A stretch of 64,000 nucleotides of DNA from the NCBI GenBank assembly GCA_029882995.1, contig JAOUJV010000001.1, positions 11,668-75,667 of the forward strand, in the 5' to 3' direction. Of this stretch, positions 30,626 through 38,836 are shown one piece after another. The notes beneath the pieces were generated by a model that was not told the origin of the DNA, did no database searches, and was given only the letters and a program-made list of their open reading frames with translations. This DNA is from Gammaproteobacteria bacterium (lineage in GTDB: Bacteria; Pseudomonadota; Gammaproteobacteria; DAOVJZ01). The translations under genes and the position numbers were made by a program. Each line of letters begins with the position of its first letter. Position 1 is the first letter of the stretch.

Positions 30626-30931
30626 TTAAAGCCAGGACTGCACTTTGTCATATTCAACAGTCAAATCGACAAAGCCGTTATAGTCAACTAACTGTATACC
30701 ATCTATTACTCGACCCTTGATGCCACGTGAGTCAAGGTCAGCTTCAAGCGCATAGATTTTTACATCTTTCATTGCGCCTTTTACCTTGTCTTCAATGACA
30801 GAGCCCTTGATTCCGCCATAAACGCCATCTTCAATAAGCAGAATAGCGCTGCCTTTATCACATGTACGCATGCAACGCTCGAGAGAGTTGCGATCAAATG
30901 GTGATTTATTCACTGTATGTAACATATTCAA
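30626..30931 (-). CDS. dsrH: DsrH
   Basis: 101 aa in the conserved dsrEFH position; DsrH/TusB-like. Confidence 0.8.
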   Translation of the reverse strand: MNMLHTVNKSPFDRNSLERCMRTCDKGSAILLIEDGVYGGIKGSVIEDKVKGAMKDVKIYALEADLDSRGIKGRVIDGIQLVDYNGFVDLTVEYDKVQSWL

Positions 30932-30937
30932 TATCCC

Positions 30938-31312
30938 CTAGAAATTAAGAAGCACATCCATTTCAGTCATCATTTTGGTGACTTCTTCATTACTCTTGAC
31001 TTCAACAGGGATGATTAAGTCATCTGCTGTGAGCCCACGTACTTCCATGGATTCCTTTTCAACATAGATTTTTTCAACATCGTACATTTCAAGGGCACGG
31101 TAAGTAGGAGAAAAATTCTTTACTCCAAGTGCTTTTGTGTCCTGTTCTTTCTTTAACTGGAACACACCATCATCCAGAAACATCATGTAAACATCTTGCT
31201 CGAATGCCGCACCGATGAGTACAACTTCAAGTGCTTCAAGTGCGTATATAGTACCGTAAGGTGCTTTACGGTTTACATACATAATCTTTTTAGTCTCGCC
31301 AGCTTCTTCCAT
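30938..31312 (-). CDS. dsrF: DsrF
   Basis: 124 aa DsrF/TusC-like protein in the dsrEFH position. Confidence 0.8.
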   Translation of the reverse strand: MEEAGETKKIMYVNRKAPYGTIYALEALEVVLIGAAFEQDVYMMFLDDGVFQLKKEQDTKALGVKNFSPTYRALEMYDVEKIYVEKESMEVRGLTADDLIIPVEVKSNEEVTKMMTEMDVLLNF

Positions 31313-31332
31313 TAGTATGTCTCCCGTATCAA

Positions 31333-31725
31333 TTAATCACCAAACACAACCATGCGATCTGCCTGAATACTTGCTTCAAGCAATTGCCCCAGTCCCGAAA
31401 TGCGAAACCCTGGTGCAATATTATCTGCATCTTTACCATTACGTTTGGATTCATCTGCATCAGCAATGCCACGACGTTGCGCGGCGGCAACACAAATTAC
31501 AAGATCGATTTCGTGCTTTTCAGCCAACGCACTCCAGCGATTGACAATATTTCGATCGTCCTGCGGTGGTGTTGTCAGGCGAGTGCCATTATTAACACCA
31601 TCATGATAGAAAAAGATGCGATAGATCTCGTGGCCCTTTTCCAGAGCTGCCGCAACAAAGTTGTATGCTGAGTCCGACGCCTGATGCGTGTACGGACCTT
31701 CATTAACCATAATGCCGAACTTCAT
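31333..31725 (-). CDS. dsrE: DsrE, sulfurtransferase subunit with active-site Cys
   Basis: 130 aa starting MKFGIMVNEGPY with the ICVAAA active-site Cys motif; DsrE/TusD family. Confidence 0.85.
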   Translation of the reverse strand: MKFGIMVNEGPYTHQASDSAYNFVAAALEKGHEIYRIFFYHDGVNNGTRLTTPPQDDRNIVNRWSALAEKHEIDLVICVAAAQRRGIADADESKRNGKDADNIAPGFRISGLGQLLEASIQADRMVVFGD

Positions 31726-31774
31726 ATACTATCCCCTAGTACGTTTAGTTTAAGAGCTGAATGCTGCACAAATC

Positions 31775-32848
31775 CTAGAAACGGATATGTGCAGATGCAT
31801 TCAGACTGTTACGAGCGCCACGCCAGTTATCGATGTGGAACTTCGTAAACGGCAGTTCAGTTAGTTCAAAGAAGCGTGGCCAGCCAATACGTTCAACCCA
31901 GTCACCGATACGCTCCCAATCCTGAGCATCCTTTTTATAGACGGCAAGGATGTTCTTGACGATTTCAGCAACCTCAGGCCAGCGAGGTGCATTGTTAGGA
32001 ATGCCTGCTGCCACAAGTTTATGGAACATTGGTTTGCTACGCGCATTTGAATGTTTACCACCAATCCAGATAGCCAGCTTGGTGAATTCAGAATCATTAA
32101 TCTGCATAGGAGGGCATGGAGGGAAACATGCACCGCAACAGATACATTTCTTCTCATCAACTTCAAGTGAAGGCTTGCCGTTAACCATGGCAGGACGAAT
32201 CGCAGCTACCGGGCAACGTGCAACAACTGATGGACGTTCACATGCATTAGCTACCAGATCATGATTAATCTTTGGTGGCTTTGTGTGTTGAACGTTAATC
32301 GCGATATCACCCTGACCACCACAGTTAATCTGGCAGCAGGAAGTAGTGATATGAACGCGGTTAGGCATTGTTTCATTAGTATATTCTTCATACAGCTCAT
32401 CCATCAGTGCCTTAACAACACCAGATGCGTCTGTACCAGGAATGTCACAGTGCAACCAGCCCTGTGTGTGAGAGATCATTGTCACTGAAGGACCAGTACC
32501 ACCAACAGGGTAACCGGCATCTTCGATGGCCTTAATCAAAGGTTCAACCTTTGCTTCATCAGTTACCATGATTTCCATGTTACTGCGGATTGTAAAGTGA
32601 ACATAACCTTCACCGAATTCATCAGCGATATCACACAGAAGGTTGATTTCGTATGGACCTAATTGACGCTGGGTACCGAAACGAACTGTCCATACCTTGT
32701 CGCCGCTTTTCGCAACGTGCATAAGTACACCAGGACGTAAACGCTCATGATATGACCATGCGCCATAGTTATTAAGGAACACCGGGTGCATGTATTGAAA
32801 TGCATCTGGTACACCACTTTCGATTGGATGACGAGGAGTTTCTGCCAT
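31775..32848 (-). CDS. dsrB: Dissimilatory sulfite reductase beta subunit (reverse, oxidative type)
   Basis: Start MAETPRHP with a GGAGG RBS. Siroheme/FeS Cys motifs and a ferredoxin insert CPVAAIRP...CICCGACF. ~357 aa. Confidence 0.92.
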   Translation of the reverse strand: MAETPRHPIESGVPDAFQYMHPVFLNNYGAWSYHERLRPGVLMHVAKSGDKVWTVRFGTQRQLGPYEINLLCDIADEFGEGYVHFTIRSNMEIMVTDEAKVEPLIKAIEDAGYPVGGTGPSVTMISHTQGWLHCDIPGTDASGVVKALMDELYEEYTNETMPNRVHITTSCCQINCGGQGDIAINVQHTKPPKINHDLVANACERPSVVARCPVAAIRPAMVNGKPSLEVDEKKCICCGACFPPCPPMQINDSEFTKLAIWIGGKHSNARSKPMFHKLVAAGIPNNAPRWPEVAEIVKNILAVYKKDAQDWERIGDWVERIGWPRFFELTELPFTKFHIDNWRGARNSLNASAHIRF

Positions 32849-32928
32849 TATTGCCTCCCAAATTATACGTTTGTAATCTTTGTTTAATGGCCTGCAGACA
32901 AGCAGGCCATTCACTCATTAGTAATTAA

Positions 32929-34245
32929 TTAGCCAGCCTTGCGAGCTTTCCACTTTTCAGCTTCAGCATCCCAATCGTCCATACGGACATAAGAACTCTG
33001 ACGTGCACTGCTAATCATGTTTGGATCCGGCTCAATACCGATACCTTCCAGGAAGTTAACCAGACCAATACGCTCAATTGTTTCACCAGTACGTTCGTGC
33101 TCAAGCGCATTTTCCGCCCAGAAATCAATGATTGTTTCAGCTAGTTCTTTCAGTGCTTCATAATCATCATCAGATTCCAGCTTCATGAATGGAACAAGAA
33201 CTGTACCCATAGTGTCACCAATCTTCAGGGTACGCTTACCACCCAGCAGAATTGTTACACCCTTGTCATCACCCGGGCTCAGTGCCTTGGTCATAACGTT
33301 GATACAATGCATGCAACGTACACAGTTACGGTTATCAACAGCCAGTGTGTCGTCATCATTCAATGACAATGCTTTAGTCGGGCAACGACTTACAACGTTA
33401 TCAACAATGTATTTACGACCCTTGTCAGCAACGTACTTCTTGACTTCTGCCTGATCAACTTTCATATCATCACGCCATGTACCAATTACAGCGAAGTCAG
33501 AACGCTGAATTGAGTTCATGCAGTCATTCGGGCAACCGGATACCTTGAACTTGAATTTGTATGGAAGAGCAGGGCGATGCATGTCATCCATAAAGTTATT
33601 AACAAGCAGACGGTGAATTTTTTGTTCGTCACAATTTGATTGTTCACAACGTGCTGCACCGATACAGGACATACCAGTACGTACGCATGGGCCGGCACCA
33701 CCAAGGTCCCAACCGTATTCGTTGATTTCATCAAAGAATGTTTGCACGTTCTGAGTAGTTGTACCGATAAACATAATGTTGCCTGTCTGTCCGTGGAATG
33801 CAATCAGACCAGAACCATGCTTATCCCATGAATCGGAAAGCTGGCGTAACATTTTTGTAGAGTAGTGATTACCAGCAGGTGGTTGCACACGAATAGTGTG
33901 GAACTCTTTAGATTCTGGGAACATAGGTTTGCCATCTGTACCCATCAATTCTGTAAAGCGAGGAATAATACCGCCGCCGTAACCAAAGACAGAAACCGTA
34001 CCACCTTTCCAGTAACCAAGACGTGTCTTGTAGGAATGCTCCAGCTGTCCAAGAAGGTCAACCATCATATTGCCAAACTTGTCTTGCATTGCCAGGCGCT
34101 TAAGACCTGTTACAAAGCTTGGCCAAGGACCTTTTTCCAGCTCATCCAGATTAGGAGTATTGTGGAATGGCTTGGATGATTTCTTCTCTGAAGGAAGATA
34201 AGTACAGTGCTTCTCAGGATTCTTTGGTTTGTCTGTTGCACTCAT
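32929..34245 (-). CDS. dsrA: Dissimilatory sulfite reductase alpha subunit (reverse, oxidative type)
   Basis: ATG at 34245 with an AGGAGG RBS. ~438 aa with siroheme-FeS binding Cys motifs. First gene of the operon. Confidence 0.92.
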   Translation of the reverse strand: MSATDKPKNPEKHCTYLPSEKKSSKPFHNTPNLDELEKGPWPSFVTGLKRLAMQDKFGNMMVDLLGQLEHSYKTRLGYWKGGTVSVFGYGGGIIPRFTELMGTDGKPMFPESKEFHTIRVQPPAGNHYSTKMLRQLSDSWDKHGSGLIAFHGQTGNIMFIGTTTQNVQTFFDEINEYGWDLGGAGPCVRTGMSCIGAARCEQSNCDEQKIHRLLVNNFMDDMHRPALPYKFKFKVSGCPNDCMNSIQRSDFAVIGTWRDDMKVDQAEVKKYVADKGRKYIVDNVVSRCPTKALSLNDDDTLAVDNRNCVRCMHCINVMTKALSPGDDKGVTILLGGKRTLKIGDTMGTVLVPFMKLESDDDYEALKELAETIIDFWAENALEHERTGETIERIGLVNFLEGIGIEPDPNMISSARQSSYVRMDDWDAEAEKWKARKAG

Positions 34246-34655
34246 TAGCAACTACCTCCTGTTTCAATTCGTTATTAACGTTATATAAACGGCGCGTACA
34301 GCACCCCATAAAAAAGCTGGGCGAATTGTAGTAAGTGTGTATGCCGCTTAGGAATTCATCTTTAGGGGTGTTTTACCTACCCCCTACCTATCCCAAACGG
34401 GATATAAGCAACCGATGTTTTGGAGTAATTGATTGATTTCAATAGTAATTACAGCAAAGCATCTTGAAGGCGCAGAATTATAGGTAAATCTTAAGGTTAT
34501 TGCACGCATTATTTCACTGGGTATTATGAGGGGGATTATATTGAGCAGGCAGTAATAATAGACGTCGTTCCAATTCCTGAGTAAAATGTTAGGGTATATT
34601 AGTTGTCATATATTTTAAGTGAGCTATATATGCCATTGTTAATAAAGAAGATATT

Positions 34656-35576
34656 ATGTCGCCAGTAGTCCAGATAAAGGTAGCGCCACCCCAAATTGAC
34701 AGCCCGTTTCATCTTGATAATGAAAAGGGGTATCAACTTTGGCGCGAGCAAAAACGGGATAACTACCCGTCAAAACCGGAAGAGTTGTTGGTTTCTGTCT
34801 CTGATCCCTTCCATATCACTGTCGACGAGCGAGGGCAGATTTTGTCGCTGTGCAGTAAGACAAATATCTCTATATATAGAACCTCACTTGAAGGAGTAGC
34901 TGATAAGGAGATCCCCAGAGCTATTGGCCATGCCTTTGGCCTGAATCGACTTGACCCGAATATGTTGGCAGATGATGATGGCATTACTTCATTGCAGGTT
35001 GTGGCCGGCAAGTCTGTGCGTGGCTACATACCGTATTCAAATAAACGGCTACTGTGGCATACCGATGGCTACTACAATACGACTGAACAGCAGATACGCT
35101 CTATTATTCTGCATTGTGTCACTCCGGCATCTGGTGATGGGGGCGAAAACGGGTTATTGGATCATGAAATGGCCTATATCCTGCTTCGAGACAGAAACCC
35201 CGACTTTATTCAGGCATTGATGGCACCGGATGCAATGACAATTCCGGCAAATGAGGAAGCGGCTGAACAGGACAGAAAATCAGTTACAGGCCCGGTGTTT
35301 TCGGTTGATTCTTCCGATGGCAGTCTCCATATGAGATATACAGCCCGTACCCGCAGTATCATATGGAAAGATAATGAAGTCACCCGTAAGGCAGTTGCGT
35401 TTTTAGGCGACTTACTCGAAAACGGCAATGACTATATATTCAATTACAAGTTGCGCGCAGGAGAAGGACTGATTTGTAACAATGTCCTGCACAAAAGAAC
35501 TGCATTTGAAAATACAGAAGGTGCAGATCGTTTGTTATATCGTGCGCGTTATTATGACCGTATCAAGCATACATAA
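34656..35576 (+). CDS. TauD/TfdA-family Fe(II)/2-oxoglutarate-dependent dioxygenase
   Basis: 306 aa with LLWHTDGYYN (HxD iron ligands) and a distal His. Divergent from dsrA. Confidence 0.6.
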   Translation: MSPVVQIKVAPPQIDSPFHLDNEKGYQLWREQKRDNYPSKPEELLVSVSDPFHITVDERGQILSLCSKTNISIYRTSLEGVADKEIPRAIGHAFGLNRLDPNMLADDDGITSLQVVAGKSVRGYIPYSNKRLLWHTDGYYNTTEQQIRSIILHCVTPASGDGGENGLLDHEMAYILLRDRNPDFIQALMAPDAMTIPANEEAAEQDRKSVTGPVFSVDSSDGSLHMRYTARTRSIIWKDNEVTRKAVAFLGDLLENGNDYIFNYKLRAGEGLICNNVLHKRTAFENTEGADRLLYRARYYDRIKHT

Positions 35577-35606
35577 TTTGATGTACAACAAATTGGACAA
35601 AAGAAC

Positions 35607-35810
35607 ATGTTATACCTGAGCGAAATATTAATGCAGCACCATGAAATAAACACTTTTGAAGAATTGCTTAAGATCATTCCTGTGGTTGCAAAAGAAAAAG
35701 GCGAAATATTTATGCATATTGATGTTAAACCACAATATGCTGATGTGCCTGCAAACTGGGAAGATAAATTAGAGGGCGCGTTTGCTGGTGTTCACTCAGT
35801 TACAAATTAA
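35607..35810 (+). CDS. small hypothetical protein
   Basis: 67 aa ORF in the same orientation between the dioxygenase and downstream genes. Confidence 0.3.
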   Translation: MLYLSEILMQHHEINTFEELLKIIPVVAKEKGEIFMHIDVKPQYADVPANWEDKLEGAFAGVHSVTN

Positions 35811-35835
35811 AAAAATTTTAAAACAGGATTTGCAA

Positions 35836-36543
35836 ATGAAATATTTAAACAGAGATCAGTCAATCATCGATGCCGATGATGCCAGTGATGCCGAGGTGCC
35901 GACTGCACAATTTGAGGCAAAAGTGCAGGCATTACAAGAACAGATGCTTTCATTACCCCCGGGACATCATCCTATGGAGAAGGCAAGGTTACAACTTGAT
36001 ATTGGTCCTTTGCTGTTAGGTCTTGAAAAAAATGAAGACGCATGGGATATCGCAAGAGATGCATTTGATGTTTATGTTGAAAATGAATCATGGGAAGGTG
36101 CTGTTATTGCCTGTGAAATTATGTTTAATGCAGATCAGACAGATTCGCTCGCAGCGTTGGGGCAAGGGGTCTGGCTGGGAGTCACTTTCCCGGATGTTGA
36201 TCCTGAACTAACTGTTGTCATGCTTGATCACATTATTGATGAAACACCGGAAGATTCAGATGGGGCGGCACTGGCCGCTGCAACAGCGAGTTATATTGTC
36301 GATTTTCGTACAGAAGGGAAGAAGCATGAAGATCTGCAGTTTTTTACAAGCCAAAGACTGGCAGAAGTTGCTCGCCGTCACAGTAATGTGGAGACGCAGG
36401 AGTCTTTTGATAAATGGGTTGAAAAGCTCGAACTAAATGACCCTGAAAAATTTCTTGTGCGTTTAAGAAATGTAGTTGATGTATTGGTGCAGGAAAGCTG
36501 GTGGATTGATCGTGAAGCTATCTGGGCAAAGCTGCCGCACTAA
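35836..36543 (+). CDS. hypothetical acidic protein
   Basis: ATG at 35836 with an AGGA RBS (MKYLNRDQSIID). ~235 aa, no recognizable motif. Confidence 0.4.
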   Translation: MKYLNRDQSIIDADDASDAEVPTAQFEAKVQALQEQMLSLPPGHHPMEKARLQLDIGPLLLGLEKNEDAWDIARDAFDVYVENESWEGAVIACEIMFNADQTDSLAALGQGVWLGVTFPDVDPELTVVMLDHIIDETPEDSDGAALAAATASYIVDFRTEGKKHEDLQFFTSQRLAEVARRHSNVETQESFDKWVEKLELNDPEKFLVRLRNVVDVLVQESWWIDREAIWAKLPH

Positions 36544-36549
36544 CTGATT

Positions 36550-37242
36550 ATGTTTTGGCAAGAAGACGATGATAAGCCCGCAGTTGCGATAACAGATGAT
36601 ATCGTTGAACTGATTTTTAAAATCAAGTGTCAGGCGATACCGGTTGATCATGCATATGCATTATCCCAATCTGTGTTAAAGGTGCTGCCGTGGCTTGAAG
36701 AAGATGGCGCCGGCTTGCATACCATTCATGTTGTCACATCCGGTAACGGCTGGATGCGCCCTGAAAACCCTGATGAGTTGCTTTATCCGTCAAAACGTAC
36801 CCGGTTTTCCTTGCGTGTCCCCAAAGAAAGAATTTCAGATGCAGAAAAACTGGATGGTGTAGAGCTTGGTATTGCCGGCAACTCACTCATTGTCAGTGAA
36901 ATGAAAATCAAGCAAATTGAACCGCATGAAACCCTTTTTTCCCGCTATCTGATAACAGATGAAATTGAAGACGAAGAAAAATTTCTGGAAGGCATTTTTG
37001 AGCAGCTGAAGTCAATGGATATACATGTCCGTAAAATGATGTGTGGCAAGGAAAATAGAATCAAAACAAATGACGGAACAATCAAAACGCGCAGCATGAT
37101 GCTGGCAGATCTGGATGATGAGGCCTCCTTAAAGCTTCAGAAAACAGGTTTAGGTTCACTCCAACACATGGGTTGTGGCCTCTTTATCCCGCATAGAGGC
37201 ATCAAGGCGGTATCCTCAATACCTTCAAGTAGCGAAAAATAG
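36550..37242 (+). CDS. Hypothetical protein with Cas6-type glycine-rich loop (GLGSLQHMGCGLFIP) near C-terminus; possible orphan Cas6f/Csy4-like RNA endonuclease
   Basis: 230 aa. The C-terminal GhGxxxxxGhG followed by hydrophobic-Pro matches the Cas6 G-rich loop signature. The N-terminal beta-alpha region (IVELIFKIKCQ ... ALSQSVLKVL) resembles the Csy4 ferredoxin fold. No CRISPR array or other cas genes in the window. Confidence 0.35.
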   Translation: MFWQEDDDKPAVAITDDIVELIFKIKCQAIPVDHAYALSQSVLKVLPWLEEDGAGLHTIHVVTSGNGWMRPENPDELLYPSKRTRFSLRVPKERISDAEKLDGVELGIAGNSLIVSEMKIKQIEPHETLFSRYLITDEIEDEEKFLEGIFEQLKSMDIHVRKMMCGKENRIKTNDGTIKTRSMMLADLDDEASLKLQKTGLGSLQHMGCGLFIPHRGIKAVSSIPSSSEK

Positions 37243-37354
37243 AGGATTTTTTCTATAGGGTTGGGATAGAGACAAAAATTGGATTAGAATATGCGCCTGT
37301 TAAATCACTGGCAGTATTTGGAATTTGTAATCTGGAGTAACAAGAGAGGAAACA

Positions 37355-37693
37355 ATGGCTTACGAAATTGATGGTAAAACTATTGAAACAGACAAGAATG
37401 GCTATCTGGTTGAAATAACCGACTGGACTGAAAATGTTGCACAAGCAATTGCCAAGGAAGAAGGTATTGAGCTAACAGATAAACATTGGGATCTGATTAA
37501 TTTCTTACGTGATGAGTACATTAACAATGGCGGCAATCAGCCCAACACACGCAAGATTGTAAAAGCGATGTCTGATAAATGGGGAGAAAACCTGGCGCAG
37601 AAAGATATCTATGCACTTTTCCCTAAAGACCCGTCCAAGCAAGGTGGTCGTATCGGTGGCTTACCTGAAAGCCGCAGAAAGGGTGGTTACTAA
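37355..37693 (+). CDS. DsrC/TusE-family protein lacking both C-terminal cysteines
   Basis: 112 aa aligning to DsrC (…WDLINFLRDEY…) but ending GGLPESRRKGGY instead of PKPTGCV. Confidence 0.65.
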   Translation: MAYEIDGKTIETDKNGYLVEITDWTENVAQAIAKEEGIELTDKHWDLINFLRDEYINNGGNQPNTRKIVKAMSDKWGENLAQKDIYALFPKDPSKQGGRIGGLPESRRKGGY

Positions 37694-37705
37694 TCACTTT
37701 ATATA

Positions 37706-37735
37706 AAAGGGCTACATTAGTAGCCCTTTGTTTTT
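37706..37735 (+). terminator. Rho-independent terminator (aagggctac atta gtagccctt + T-run)
   Basis: Perfect hairpin plus tgtttttt after the stop at 37693. Confidence 0.5.
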
Positions 37736-37750
37736 TGGAATTTCCTAAGA

Positions 37751-38605
37751 ATGTCATATACATCACTTGTTAGCACCGATGTGCTGGCGGATCATCTTTC
37801 TGATCCTGACTGGATCGTTTTTGATTGTCGATTTACCCTGACCGCACCTGATTCCGGATATGAACAATATCTGCAAGAACATATTGATGGTGCACGCTAT
37901 GCACATCTGGATAATGATCTTTCATCACCCATTGCAGAATTAACGGGTCGCCATCCATTGCCGGACAAGAATAAATTCGTGCAATGGTTAAGAAATAACG
38001 GTGTAAACAATAACTCACAAGTTGTGGTCTATGATGAAAGTTTTGGTGCTGTGGCTGGTCGTTTATGGTGGTTATTAAAATGGGCAGGACATGATGCGGT
38101 TGCACTACTGGATGGCAGTTATCCCAAATGGCGTCGTGAAGGGCACAAGACAAGTCATGATCTCCCTGTGATTACTGAATCTGATTTTAAAGCTGATTTC
38201 AAAGATGAAATGATTGCAAGTTCTGACGAGGTCCATGAGTTTGTAAAAGGTAATAAACAAGCTGTCCTTATTGATGCGCGTGCAGAAGAACGTTTTAGTG
38301 GTGAAATCGAACTGCTGGACAAGGTGGCCGGGCATATCCCTGGGGCTATCAACTTTATGTATGAAGATAATCTCGATATGGGAGGGAATCTTCTTCCTGC
38401 CGATGAATTAAAAGAACAGTTTGAAGGTTTAATGAGCGGTGTTAAACCTGAACAAGTTATCCATATGTGTGGTTCCGGAGTGACAGCTTGTCATAATATG
38501 ATCGCAATGGAAGCTGCCGGCTTATATGGCAGTAAACTTTATATCGGATCATGGAGTGAATGGATAACTGCTCCTGATCGCCCTGTTGCTACGGGTGATG
38601 AATAG
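37751..38605 (+). CDS. sseA: Tandem-rhodanese thiosulfate/3-mercaptopyruvate sulfurtransferase (SseA-like)
   Basis: 284 aa with two rhodanese domains and the active-site loop CGSGVTA. Confidence 0.8.
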   Translation: MSYTSLVSTDVLADHLSDPDWIVFDCRFTLTAPDSGYEQYLQEHIDGARYAHLDNDLSSPIAELTGRHPLPDKNKFVQWLRNNGVNNNSQVVVYDESFGAVAGRLWWLLKWAGHDAVALLDGSYPKWRREGHKTSHDLPVITESDFKADFKDEMIASSDEVHEFVKGNKQAVLIDARAEERFSGEIELLDKVAGHIPGAINFMYEDNLDMGGNLLPADELKEQFEGLMSGVKPEQVIHMCGSGVTACHNMIAMEAAGLYGSKLYIGSWSEWITAPDRPVATGDE

Positions 38606-38836
38606 ACTGCACCAATAATGCTCCTCCTGTTTGCCGAAAAATCCCCTTCTCACTACTAATTTAATACATACAGTATTTACTCAATAAAAACAGCAGGTTA
38701 TAAAATACTTAGAGCTGTTCAAAATCTTATTTCCTGTTTTTCCCGCACATTTTCTAATAGTTGTCTATAAAATTCCGATAGAAATACGTGGGTATATAAA
38801 AATGATCATTATTTGTGTGGAGAAGGACATCACTGC

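Noticed and set aside
36550-37242. Calling the 230 aa protein a bona fide CRISPR-associated Cas6f
   Set aside because: There are no CRISPR repeats or partner cas genes, and the catalytic His position of Csy4 is not conserved. Reported only as a Cas6-like orphan with a G-rich loop.
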